A DNA stretch of 64,000 nucleotides from Rhodobiaceae bacterium (GTDB lineage Bacteria; Pseudomonadota; Alphaproteobacteria; Rhizobiales; NORP267): the NCBI GenBank assembly GCA_020441905.1, contig JAGRLG010000015.1:765-64764 (forward strand). Reading direction: 5' to 3'. The notes under the pieces were generated by a model, which saw only the letters and a list, made by a program, of their open reading frames with translations, ran no database searches and was not told the DNA's origin. Position 1 is the stretch's first letter, and each line of letters starts with the position of its first letter. Below, piece by piece: positions 1 to 8,586 of the stretch. Made by a program: the position numbers and the translations under genes.

Positions 1-322
1 CACCGCCCCAAGCGTTCCGGTGCGCATTGGCGTGGCCGGGCCGGCAACGGCGGCGACCCTGATCCGCTTCGCCATCCGCTGCGGCATCGGCAATTCGATG
101 CGGGCAATCCAGAGCCGGACCAATGTCATCGGCCGCCTGCTTGGCGAAACAGGGCCGCAGGACGTGTTGCGCGGGATTTCGGTGGTGCTGGCGGAAATGC
201 AGCACAGCCAGGTGTCCGGCGCCCATTTCTACCCCTTTGGCGGCATCGACAAGACAAGCAACTGGATCGCCGAAACGCTGGCCCGGCTCTATGCCCAGAT
301 CACTGCAGCCGGCGACCGATAG
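1..322 (+). CDS. 3' end of a methylenetetrahydrofolate reductase (MetF)-like gene; 5' end outside window
   Basis: Frame is open to the window edge, with stop TAG at 320-322. The tail (...GAHFYPFGGIDKTSNWI...) resembles MetF-family C-termini. Assigned from memory, not searched. Confidence 0.4.
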   Translation, partial: TAPSVPVRIGVAGPATAATLIRFAIRCGIGNSMRAIQSRTNVIGRLLGETGPQDVLRGISVVLAEMQHSQVSGAHFYPFGGIDKTSNWIAETLARLYAQITAAGDR

Positions 323-353
323 GTCGGCGCACCCGCGGCCAAGGTTATAGATT

Positions 354-404
354 TGTAACTTCTTCGTAATGGTGGTGTGACAGCTGGAGTGTCTTCTCCG
401 TGTC
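354..404 (+). promoter_or_regulatory. Phased direct-repeat array (candidate OmpR-family response-regulator box) upstream of the Met-rich protein gene
   Basis: Hexamers TGTAAC(354), CGTAAT(365), TGTGAC(376), AGTGTC(388) and CGTGTC(399) are spaced 11, 11, 12 and 11 bp. The array ends ~75-120 bp upstream of ATG 477. A closely similar triple repeat sits at 3104-3131. Confidence 0.4.
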
Positions 405-476
405 TGGAGCGGGGCGCGCCTCCGCCCATTCAGTTCGACACCCCACGGCAACATGCCATTTCACGGAGAAACACCC

Positions 477-740
477 ATGTCACGACCGCTCACCGCAATC
501 GCCCTTTCTTTCGCCATGTTGATGTCCGGTTCCGCCCTGGCCCTTGCCCAGGACACGATGAAGAAGGACGAAATGAAAAAGGACACCATGGAAAACACCG
601 AGATGAAGAAGGACGGTGACACCATGGCCAAGGACGGAACGATGGCCAAGGAAGAGGGAATGAAGAAGGACGAGGGAATGAAGGACGACAAGATGATGAA
701 GGATGAGGGGATGAAAAAGGAAGAGGGCATGAAGAAGTAG
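477..740 (+). CDS. Secreted methionine-rich pentapeptide (M-x-K-D/E-x) repeat protein, 87 aa
   Basis: ATG 477 is preceded by GGAGA. There is a 24-aa Sec-type signal (…SGSALALA|QD). The 63-aa mature part has 12 Met, the rest being K/D/E/T/G/A, with no Cys, His or aromatics. It resembles proteins named 'pentapeptide MXKDX repeat protein'. Confidence 0.75.
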   Translation: MSRPLTAIALSFAMLMSGSALALAQDTMKKDEMKKDTMENTEMKKDGDTMAKDGTMAKEEGMKKDEGMKDDKMMKDEGMKKEEGMKK

Positions 741-756
741 CGGCGCCTTTCGCCCA

Positions 757-806
757 TGAAGAGGGGTACAACCGGCAAAGGCGGTTGCACCCCTCCCCTC
801 TTTTGG
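757..806 (+). terminator. Rho-independent terminator after the Met-rich protein gene
   Basis: Stem AGGGGTACAACCG (762-774) pairs with CGGTTGCACCCCT (782-794), 12 of 13 bp. It is followed by CCCCTCTTTTGG with a T-run at 800-804. Confidence 0.6.
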
Positions 807-820
807 TGTTCAAGACTCCC

Positions 821-1522
821 ATGAGCCGCAAGGTCCTGATCATCGAGGACGACCCCGACATCGCCGCCCTGGTGGCGATGCATCTGAAAGACATTGATTG
901 CGAGGGCGAGATCTTCGCCAATGGCCGCGCCGGGCTTGGCGCCTTTCAGGCGCGCAAATTCGAGCTGGTGGTGCTCGACCTGAACCTGCCCGGGCTGGAC
1001 GGGCTGTCGATCTGCCGCGAGATCCGCTCCACGGGCGATTATGTGCCGATCCTGATCCTGACCGCCAAGTCGTCCGAACTCGACCGCGTGCTGGGGCTGG
1101 AGATCGGCGCCGACGACTATCTGACCAAGCCGTTTTCGATCTCCGAGCTGATGGCCCGCATCAAGGCGCTGCTGCGCCGGGTCGAGGCACTGGCGCAAAA
1201 AGCGGACAAGGCGCAGGCCAGGACCATAATCGAGCATGGCGGACTCAAGCTGGACGCCGCCAGGCACACGGTCAGCATCGACGGCCGGGCGGTGGACCTG
1301 ACGGCGCGCGAATTCGAGTTGCTTCACCATTTCGCCAGCCATCCCGGGCAGGTCTTCAGCCGCGCCCAGTTGCTGGACCAGGTGTGGGGCTATAACCACG
1401 ACGGCTACGAGCACACCGTCAATACCCATATCAACCGCCTGCGCTCCAAGATCGAGGCCGATCCGGCCAGCCCGCGCCACATCCTGACCGTCTGGGGTGT
1501 CGGCTACAAATTCGCCGACTGA
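821..1522 (+). CDS. OmpR/PhoB-family response regulator (receiver + winged-helix)
   Basis: MSRKVLIIEDDPDIA..., receiver Asp context LVVLDLNLPGLDG, and C-terminal ...LTVWGVGYKF. I prefer ATG 821 to the TTG 785 of the ORF track. Confidence 0.9.
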   Translation: MSRKVLIIEDDPDIAALVAMHLKDIDCEGEIFANGRAGLGAFQARKFELVVLDLNLPGLDGLSICREIRSTGDYVPILILTAKSSELDRVLGLEIGADDYLTKPFSISELMARIKALLRRVEALAQKADKAQARTIIEHGGLKLDAARHTVSIDGRAVDLTAREFELLHHFASHPGQVFSRAQLLDQVWGYNHDGYEHTVNTHINRLRSKIEADPASPRHILTVWGVGYKFAD

Positions 1523-1531
1523 GGCCGGGCC

Positions 1532-2998
1532 ATGTTCCGCACCCTCTACGCCAAGCTCGCCACCGGCCTGGCACTGTTGCTGGTGGCGATCGGCCTGCTC
1601 TATGCGGTGATCTCCACGACCGCCACGCGCCACGCGCTGCAGGAGCTGAACCAGCAGCTCAATCGCAACCTGGCGCAGACCCTGGTCGCCGATCGCGACC
1701 TGGTGCGCGAGGGCCGGCTCAACGAGGAGGCGCTCAAGGAAACCTTCAATCTCTATATGGACATCAATCCGGGCATCGAGATCTATCTGCTCGATCTGGA
1801 CGGCAATATCCTGTCGTTCTCGGCCGACCCGGCAAAAATAAAGCGCAAGAGGGTGTCGCTGGCGCCGATCCGGGCCTTCCTGACCATGGAACACCCCTAT
1901 CCGCTGCTCGGCGACGATCCGCGCAGCCATGATCGGCAGAAGGCGTTTTCGGTAACCCCGGTGCCCTCGGCGGGCAATGCCAATGGCTATCTCTATGTGG
2001 TGCTGCGGGGCGAACAGTTCGATTCGGCGGAAAACATGGTGCGCGACAGTTTTTTTGTGCGCATGAGCGGCTTTGCCGTGGCCATCAGCCTTGGCGTCGG
2101 CCTGCTGGCGGGCCTTGTCGCCTTCCGCCTGCTGACCAGGCGGCTGCAAAGGCTGGCCGGTGCCATGGAGGCCTTCGAGCAAGGCGGTTTTACCAATGTC
2201 CCGGCGGGCGCGGCAGGAGAGGCCGGCAAGGGCGATGAAATCGACCGGCTCGGACATTCCTTCCAGGCCATGGCGGCGCGGATCGGCGACCAGATCGAGC
2301 AGCTCAAGGGCCAGGATGAGCTGCGGCGGCGGCTGGTGGCGCAGATCTCACACGATCTGCGCACGCCGCTGGCGGCGATGCGGGGCTATGTCGAATCGCT
2401 GCAAATGAAGGGCGACGCGCTGAGCGCGGAGCAGCGCGCCGAATTCCTCGACGCGGCGCTGCGGCAGGGGCAGCAATTGTCGCACATGGTGGCGGAACTG
2501 TTCGAGCTGGCCAGCCTGGACGCCCGCGAGCGCATGCCGGAGCGCATCGCCTTCGCCCCGGCGGAGCTTGCCCATGATGTCGCCCAGAAATACCGCCTGC
2601 GGGCGGAAAAGGCAGGAATTTCAATCGAGGTTCGCAGCCACGACGCCTTGCCTTTCGTGCGCGGCGATATCGGCATGACGGAGCGGGTGTTCGACAACCT
2701 GCTCGACAATGCGATCGGCCACACGCCGGAAGGCGGCCGCATCGAAATCGCGCTGGCGGTGGCCGGCGGCGGTGTCGAGACGAGGGTCTGCAACAGCGGA
2801 GCTGCGATCGGCGACGAGGATCTCGCCCATCTGTTCGAGCCGTTTTACCGCGGCGAAGGCGGCGCGCCGGGGCGGCGCCATGCCGGGCTCGGCCTTGCCA
2901 TCGCCCGGCGCATCATGGAATTGCAGGGCGGCGACATAAGGGCAGAGAACGTGGCCAACCAGGGCGTCGCCTTCACATTCACTCTGCCGCTTGACTAG
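1532..2998 (+). CDS. Sensor histidine kinase (2 TM, periplasmic domain, HAMP, HisKA, HATPase_c)
   Basis: H-box ISHDLRTPLAAM, N-box DNLLDNAIGHT and G-boxes GLGLAIARRI. It starts 10 nt after the regulator's stop. Confidence 0.9.
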   Translation: MFRTLYAKLATGLALLLVAIGLLYAVISTTATRHALQELNQQLNRNLAQTLVADRDLVREGRLNEEALKETFNLYMDINPGIEIYLLDLDGNILSFSADPAKIKRKRVSLAPIRAFLTMEHPYPLLGDDPRSHDRQKAFSVTPVPSAGNANGYLYVVLRGEQFDSAENMVRDSFFVRMSGFAVAISLGVGLLAGLVAFRLLTRRLQRLAGAMEAFEQGGFTNVPAGAAGEAGKGDEIDRLGHSFQAMAARIGDQIEQLKGQDELRRRLVAQISHDLRTPLAAMRGYVESLQMKGDALSAEQRAEFLDAALRQGQQLSHMVAELFELASLDARERMPERIAFAPAELAHDVAQKYRLRAEKAGISIEVRSHDALPFVRGDIGMTERVFDNLLDNAIGHTPEGGRIEIALAVAGGGVETRVCNSGAAIGDEDLAHLFEPFYRGEGGAPGRRHAGLGLAIARRIMELQGGDIRAENVANQGVAFTFTLPLD

Positions 2999-3041
2999 CG
3001 GCTGCCCGGCCACTCTGCCGCTGGACTAGCGGCTGCCCGGC
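2980..3041. repeat. 31-bp tandem duplication spanning the kinase stop codon
   Basis: cactctgccgcttgactagcggctgcccggc (2980-3010) is followed directly by cactctgccgctggactagcggctgcccggc (3011-3041), with 1 mismatch. Confidence 0.9.
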
Positions 3042-3103
3042 GGCAAGGCCGCAGCGCCAATCGAAACACCCCGGCCGCGCCCAAATCGGGGCCGTTAGAA
3101 AAT

Positions 3104-3155
3104 TGTGATACCGTCGTGACGACGGTGTGAGGGCGCCGCACCATATCCTTGTGAC
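3104..3155 (+). promoter_or_regulatory. Phased direct repeats / palindrome upstream of msrAB (candidate response-regulator box)
   Basis: TGTGAT(3104), CGTGAC(3115) and TGTGAG(3126) are spaced 11 bp, with the same T/C/T flank pattern as 354-381. A further TGTGAC lies at 3150. The array overlaps the 15-nt palindrome CCGTCGT-G-ACGACGG (3111-3125). Confidence 0.4.
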
Positions 3156-3209
3156 ACAGGATGCGGCCGGCATGTGGCTGGCCGCAAGGACAAGGCAAGG
3201 AACCGAACG

Positions 3210-4319
3210 ATGAAGAAATTTCTCCTTATGGTCCTGGCGCTCATCGCTGCCGGAGGCATCTATTCGCTCCAGGCCCAGCAGAACGGCGCGGCCGAAGGCG
3301 GCCCGATGGCGAAACAAGGCGGACTGGCGGTGGCGACCTTTGCCGCCGGCTGCTTCTGGTGCGCGGAGTCCGGCTTTGAAAAGGTGCCGGGCGTGCGCGA
3401 TGTCGTATCCGGCTATAGCGGCGGCGACGAGCCCAACCCGACCTACAAGCAAGTCTCCTCGGGCACCACCGGGCACACCGAGAGCGTGCAGATCCGCTAC
3501 GACCCCCAGGTCATCACCTATGAAGGCTTGCTCCAGGCGTTGTGGCGGATTTCCAACCCGACCGACAGCGCCGGCCAATATGTCGATCGCGGACGCCAAT
3601 ACCGGCCGGCGATTTTCTATCGCACCGAGGCCGAAAAACAGGCGGCCGAGAAGAGCCGCGAGGAACTCGACCGCTCGGGGCGTTTTGACAAGCCGGTGAC
3701 GATCGAGATCACCCGGTTCAAGAGCTTCTATCCGGCCGAGGACTATCACCAGGACTACGCCAGCAAGAATCCCATCCGCTACCGCTTCTACACCCGAAAT
3801 TCCGGGCGCCCGGCCTATCAGGAGAAGTATTGGGGCAAGGACCTGAAGGTGGACTATTCCAAGTACCGGCCCACCGGCGCGCGCTACACGCGGCCGAGCC
3901 AGGAAGATCTGCGCGGCAAGCTGACCGACCTGCAATATGACGTGACGCAGAACGAAGGCACCGAGCGCCCCTTCGAGAATCCCTATTGGAACGAGAAGCG
4001 CGCCGGCATTTATGTCGACATCGTTTCCGGCGAACCGCTGTTTTCTTCGAAGGACAAGTTCGATTCCGGAACCGGCTGGCCGAGCTTCACGCGGCCGCTG
4101 GTGGCGGAGAATATCGTCACGCGCGAGGACCGGGGCCTGTTCTCGGTGCGTACCGAGGTGCGCAGCCGGTATGGCAACTCCCATCTCGGGCACGTCTTCG
4201 ATGATGGCCCGGCACCGACCGGCCTGCGCTACTGTATCAACTCGGCGGCGCTGCGTTTCATCCCGGAAGAAAAGCTAGTTGCCGAGGGCTATGGCGACTA
4301 CGTCAACCGGGGCAGCTGA
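3210..4319 (+). CDS. msrAB: Exported bifunctional methionine sulfoxide reductase MsrA-MsrB fusion
   Basis: N-terminal signal or anchor [22 protein letters not shown]. MsrA motif GCFWCAE. MsrB motifs GTGWPSF and GLRYCINS. I prefer ATG 3210 to 3174. Confidence 0.9.
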   Translation: MKKFLLMVLALIAAGGIYSLQAQQNGAAEGGPMAKQGGLAVATFAAGCFWCAESGFEKVPGVRDVVSGYSGGDEPNPTYKQVSSGTTGHTESVQIRYDPQVITYEGLLQALWRISNPTDSAGQYVDRGRQYRPAIFYRTEAEKQAAEKSREELDRSGRFDKPVTIEITRFKSFYPAEDYHQDYASKNPIRYRFYTRNSGRPAYQEKYWGKDLKVDYSKYRPTGARYTRPSQEDLRGKLTDLQYDVTQNEGTERPFENPYWNEKRAGIYVDIVSGEPLFSSKDKFDSGTGWPSFTRPLVAENIVTREDRGLFSVRTEVRSRYGNSHLGHVFDDGPAPTGLRYCINSAALRFIPEEKLVAEGYGDYVNRGS

Positions 4320-4474
4320 CGGGACGGTTTTCAGCCTGCGGAATTGCCGTTCTGACAGGAACAAAATCTTCCCCTAACGTAAGCTTTTATCTGCAATGCT
4401 TGACCTTTGGGGAAGTTACAGAAACAGGTTGCATAGTCCATAATTTTGCGGCTTTGTTCCGGGCCAGCCAACGT

Positions 4475-4507
4475 CCCCCCGCGCCAGCGAATGCCCGGCG
4501 CGGGGGG
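4475..4507 (+). other. Strong GC hairpin just upstream of the ligase gene
   Basis: ccccccgcgcc (4475-4485) pairs perfectly with ggcgcgggggg (4497-4507), an 11-bp stem with an 11-nt loop. No T-run follows. Function unknown. Confidence 0.5.
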
Positions 4508-4527
4508 CGAGCCTGGACAGGGAGCGC

Positions 4528-6066
4528 ATGTCGGAGAGCCTGTTTCACGCCTTCCAGGAAGCCAATCCGGGGCCAGGCCGGATCTTTCTGACCACAGCTG
4601 AGGGGCGCCAGCTCAGCTATGGCGCTCTATTCGGCGGCGCGCTGCGCTACGCGGCAGCCCTCGCCAGCCTCGGCGCCCAGCCCGGCGAGCGCGTCGCGGT
4701 TCAAGGCGAGAAAAGCGTCGAGGGATTGCTGCTCTATCTTGGCTGCCTTGCCACCGGCGCCGTCTATCTGCCGCTCAATCCCGCCTACACGCCGGCCGAG
4801 GTCGAATATTTTCTCTCCGATGCCCAGCCGCGCATTCTGATTTGCGACCCGGCGCGGTTTTCCGTTCTCGCCGATGTGGCGGCGCGCTGCGGCCTGGCCC
4901 ATATCGAAACCCTTGGCGCGGATGGTAGCGGCACCTTGCCCGAAATAGTCGCCGGGCATGACAGCGACTTTGCGCCCAGGGCGCGACATGGCGGCGATCT
5001 GGCGGCGATCCTCTACACCTCCGGCACCACCGGGCGCGCCAAGGGCGCAATCCTCAGCCACGGCAATCTGGCGAGCAATGCCCGGACCCTTGCCGGACTG
5101 TGGCGGATGAACCGGGACGACGTTCTCCTTCACGCCCTGCCGATCTTTCACACCCACGGATTGTTCGTCGCCCTGTCCACGGTATTGCTGGCCGGGGCGT
5201 CGATGATCTGGCTGCCGAAATTCGACGCCGGCGCGGTCGTCGCCGCGCTGGCGCGCTCCACGGTGCTGATGGGAGTGCCGACCTTCTATTCGCGGCTGCT
5301 GGCGCGCGCCGATTTCAGCCGCGAAACCTGCGCCAATATGCGCCTTTTCATTTCCGGCTCGGCGCCGCTGTCGGCGCAGACCCACCAGGAATTCCAAGCG
5401 CGCAGCGGCCATGCCATCCTCGAGCGCTACGGCATGACCGAAACCGGCATGAACACATCCAATCCCTATGAGGGCGAGCGCAAGCCCGGCACGGTTGGTC
5501 ACCCCCTGCCCGGCGTGGACTTGCGCATCGCCGACCCGGACAGCGGCGCGCCGCTTGGCCCCGGCGAGATCGGCGTCATCGAGGTGCGGGGTCCGAATGT
5601 CACGCCGGGCTATTGGCGCAACGCGGAAAAAACGCGCGAGGCCTTCCGCGACGATGGCTTCTTCATCACGGGCGACCTGGGGCAAATCGGCGCCGACGGC
5701 TATGTTTCGATCGTCGGCCGCGACAAGGATCTCATCATCAGCGGCGGCCTGAACGTCTATCCGGCCGAGGTCGAGGCGGCGCTCGACGCCCTGCCCGGCA
5801 TAGCCGAAAGCGCGGTGATCGGCCTGCCTCATGGCGATTTCGGCGAGGCGGTGACCGCGGTGCTGGCGGCGCGCGCCGGAAGCAAGGTGAACGGCGCCGA
5901 AATTGCCGCGGCGCTGGGCGGAAAGCTGGCCGCCTTCAAGATCCCCAAGCAGGTCATCGCCGTCGATGCTTTGCCGCGCAATGCCATGGGCAAGATCGAA
6001 AAGGCGGCGCTGCGGGAGTGCTATGCCGGTCTTTATGGCGACGGCAGCAAGGCCGCGAGCCGATAG
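4528..6066 (+). CDS. matB: Malonyl-CoA synthetase (MatB)-like AMP-dependent acyl-CoA ligase
   Basis: The N-terminus and the AMP motif (YTSGTTGRAKGA) align by eye with rhizobial MatB. No matA or matC is adjacent, so the substrate is uncertain. Confidence 0.7.
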   Translation: MSESLFHAFQEANPGPGRIFLTTAEGRQLSYGALFGGALRYAAALASLGAQPGERVAVQGEKSVEGLLLYLGCLATGAVYLPLNPAYTPAEVEYFLSDAQPRILICDPARFSVLADVAARCGLAHIETLGADGSGTLPEIVAGHDSDFAPRARHGGDLAAILYTSGTTGRAKGAILSHGNLASNARTLAGLWRMNRDDVLLHALPIFHTHGLFVALSTVLLAGASMIWLPKFDAGAVVAALARSTVLMGVPTFYSRLLARADFSRETCANMRLFISGSAPLSAQTHQEFQARSGHAILERYGMTETGMNTSNPYEGERKPGTVGHPLPGVDLRIADPDSGAPLGPGEIGVIEVRGPNVTPGYWRNAEKTREAFRDDGFFITGDLGQIGADGYVSIVGRDKDLIISGGLNVYPAEVEAALDALPGIAESAVIGLPHGDFGEAVTAVLAARAGSKVNGAEIAAALGGKLAAFKIPKQVIAVDALPRNAMGKIEKAALRECYAGLYGDGSKAASR

Positions 6067-6128
6067 GCCAGGACGGCAAGAAACACCAACGTAACACTGC
6101 ACCGGACAGGCATAGAAGGAGCGTAGAA

Positions 6129-8108
6129 ATGGACGAGCGCAAAGCGGGCGAGAAGAAGCTGAAACACCTGTTCGAGCCGGTGAAATGGGGCCGCTTCGAG
6201 ATCAAGAACCGGGTCAAATATGGCGCCTGCTGCGTCTCCAATTTCAACACCCGCGACGGCTTCATCACCCCGCGCGAACTGGCGCGCACCAAGGTCATCG
6301 CCGAGACCGGGGCCGGTATCATCACCAATCAGGGCGCCTATCCCGATCCCTTGGGCGAGGGCAAGGCCTATTTCAGCCAGGTGGCGCTGTTCGACGACAA
6401 GTTCCTGCCCCAGTTCGAGACCATCGCCCGCTATATCCACGACAATGGCGGCATGGCGATCCAGCAGATCCTTCATGCCGGGCGCTATGGCGGCATCGAT
6501 CTGGGCTATTGCATCCAGCCCTCGGTGGTGCCGCAGACCCTGCCCCATTTCCGCCCGCCGCGGGAGATCACCAAGGAGCAGATCCGCGAAACCATCAAGC
6601 AACATGCCGACGCGGCGAAACGCGCCATCAAGGCTGGCTTCGACGGCACCGAGATCACCAGCTTCATGGGCTACCTCTTGGCCAATTTCTGCTCGCCCTT
6701 CACCAACAAGCGCAACGACGAATATGGCGGGTCGGTGGAGAATCGCGGACGCTTCATGCGCGAGCTGATTTCCGAGATCAAGGAAGCCCAGGGCGACGAC
6801 TACATGCTGGTGGCACGCCTCAACGGCGCCGAACTCATGGACAAGTGGGGCGGCAACAGCGAGGACGAGTGCCTTGAGCTGATGAAGATGGCCGGCGATG
6901 CCGGCATCGACATGATCTCGGTCACCGTGGGCTGGCAGGAGGCTCCCGAATCCTCGATCGGCCGCGACGTGCCTCCCGGCCACTGGAACCGCCTGGCGGC
7001 GCGGGCCAAGAAGGAACTGCCCAATGTGCCGATCGCCTTCGGCGTGCGCCTGCCCGATCCGGTGATGGCCAATGCGTGCATCGAGAAGGGCGATTTCGAC
7101 TACTGGGAAGTGTGCCGGCCGCTGCTCGCCGACCCGCAGCTTCTGCACAAGGCGGCGGAAGACCGGCTGGAGGAGACCCGGCGCTGCATCGGTTCGCTGA
7201 ACTGCCTGTCGCGGCTGTTCCGCGACCTGCCCTATACCTGCACCATGAACCCGGCGCTGGGCCACGAGGTCGAGCCGGAATACCACATCACCCCGGCGGC
7301 GGTGAAAAAGCGCATCATGATCATCGGCGCCGGCCCTGCCGGCATGGAATGCGCGATGGCCGCCAAGCAGCGCGGCCACGAGGTCACGGTGTTCGACCGG
7401 GAAGACTCCATCGGCGGGTTGCTGCGCGGCTATGCCGCCAATGACCTCGCCAATCGCGACGATATGCTCTCGGTGGTGCGCCATTACGAGGTGATGGCCA
7501 AGAAGCTCGGAATCGAGGTCAAGCTCGGGGTCGAGGTGACGCCCAAGCTGATGCGCGACCTTCTGCACCAGTTCGATGTCGCCATCGTCGCCGCCGGGGC
7601 GCGCAACGACGAGAACATGCGCCCCAAGACCGCCGATGGCGGCGTGCTGACCGACGCCTATGAAGTGGCGCTGGGCCGCATCAAGCCGGGCAAGAAGGTG
7701 GTCGTGATCGGCGGCGGGCGCATCGGCCTGACCCTGGCCGAATCGCTGACCGACCAGGGCCATGAGGCGATCATCGTTGAAAGCTCCAAGCGGGTCGGCA
7801 ACGACGTGGCGCCGACCTGGAAGTGGCGGCACACGTCCTGGATCAAGGAACTCAAGATCCCGGTCATGACCTCGACCCGTGTCACCAGGGTGACCGCGTC
7901 CTCGGCCACCGTCGTCAATGCGGAAGGCGAGGAGAAGGAACTGGCCGCCGACATGGTGATCTATGCCGCGCCGCAAAAGCCGAACCAGGAAGTGTTCCAG
8001 GCCTTGCAATGGATGGTCGATGAGGTGCACATGATCGGCGACGCCATGGCGCCGCGCGGCATGACCAGCGCCATTCATGACGGCTACCGGCTTGGCTGCC
8101 GGATCTGA
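6129..8108 (+). CDS. 2,4-dienoyl-CoA reductase (FadH)-like NADH:flavin oxidoreductase (OYE barrel + FAD/NAD(P) domain)
   Basis: OYE-like N-terminal half, then GAGPAGMECA and VVVIGGGRIG dinucleotide folds. The Fe-S motif is degenerate (CIGSLNC...C, where FadH has CxxCxxxC...C). ATG 6129 was chosen because the 5613 start overlaps matB. Confidence 0.8.
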   Translation: MDERKAGEKKLKHLFEPVKWGRFEIKNRVKYGACCVSNFNTRDGFITPRELARTKVIAETGAGIITNQGAYPDPLGEGKAYFSQVALFDDKFLPQFETIARYIHDNGGMAIQQILHAGRYGGIDLGYCIQPSVVPQTLPHFRPPREITKEQIRETIKQHADAAKRAIKAGFDGTEITSFMGYLLANFCSPFTNKRNDEYGGSVENRGRFMRELISEIKEAQGDDYMLVARLNGAELMDKWGGNSEDECLELMKMAGDAGIDMISVTVGWQEAPESSIGRDVPPGHWNRLAARAKKELPNVPIAFGVRLPDPVMANACIEKGDFDYWEVCRPLLADPQLLHKAAEDRLEETRRCIGSLNCLSRLFRDLPYTCTMNPALGHEVEPEYHITPAAVKKRIMIIGAGPAGMECAMAAKQRGHEVTVFDREDSIGGLLRGYAANDLANRDDMLSVVRHYEVMAKKLGIEVKLGVEVTPKLMRDLLHQFDVAIVAAGARNDENMRPKTADGGVLTDAYEVALGRIKPGKKVVVIGGGRIGLTLAESLTDQGHEAIIVESSKRVGNDVAPTWKWRHTSWIKELKIPVMTSTRVTRVTASSATVVNAEGEEKELAADMVIYAAPQKPNQEVFQALQWMVDEVHMIGDAMAPRGMTSAIHDGYRLGCRI

Positions 8109-8118
8109 AGGCGGGGTG

Positions 8119-8556
8119 ATGGGCCAAACAGTGACCGATGCGGGACTTTGCGGCGCGCTTCAGCGCTGGCGGGAGATGGGGGAGGCAAGCCGCGAGGTCT
8201 TCGCCGCCCTCGAACCGGGCGCCCGCGTCGGCCTGATTTCGCAAGCGGAAATGAACCAGGCACCGGGGGCGCGGATGGTGGTGTGGCAGGCCGGTCCCGA
8301 AGGCCCGACGACCGCCCTTGCCCCCTTTGCCGGTTTTGCCGATGCGCCCGCCGACATGGTGTTCCTGGTGCCTGACGAAGCGCTGGACGAAGTTGCGGCG
8401 GCGGGGCCGGACAAGGGGCTTGGCGCGCTGGAAGGACCGGTGCGCTCGGGCGACGCCATGCTGTTCTACATCGCGCCGAAAGGCGATCTGCTGGATGCCG
8501 GCTATGAGGAATTCATGGAGCGGCTGGGCTTCGGTTTTCTCGGTGCATGCAGATAG
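8119..8556 (+). CDS. Hypothetical protein (145 aa)
   Basis: GC3-rich ORF packed tightly after the flavoenzyme gene. No family recognised. Confidence 0.5.
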   Translation: MGQTVTDAGLCGALQRWREMGEASREVFAALEPGARVGLISQAEMNQAPGARMVVWQAGPEGPTTALAPFAGFADAPADMVFLVPDEALDEVAAAGPDKGLGALEGPVRSGDAMLFYIAPKGDLLDAGYEEFMERLGFGFLGACR

Positions 8557-8586
8557 CAGGCTGATTTGCACAGGAGGGAAGAAGCC

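Noticed and set aside
461-2257. 598-aa minus-strand ORF. Similar long antisense ORFs include 2979-4193, 6033-8078, 14844-16922, 29453-31366, 38180-39799, 43783-45027, 50913-52598 and 57992-59275.
   Set aside because: These are shadow ORFs, typical of GC-rich DNA. Their translations are Arg/Ala/Gly/Pro-rich and low in complexity with no recognisable motifs. In every case the opposite strand encodes a protein with clear family signatures.
4400-4591. Small ORFs in the msrAB-matB spacer, and a TTGACC box near 4401.
   Set aside because: There is no convincing -10 at proper spacing, and the ORF overlaps the matB start in another frame with a non-protein-like translation.
5613-6128. N-terminal 172 codons of the 831-aa ORF track entry for the FadH-like gene. 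The same applies to the long 5' extensions of ORFs at 39816, 45103, 56187, 57260, 60581 and 62984.
   Set aside because: The extensions overlap the preceding well-supported gene in another frame and translate to low-complexity sequence. Internal starts with SD sequences and homolog-like N-termini were used instead.
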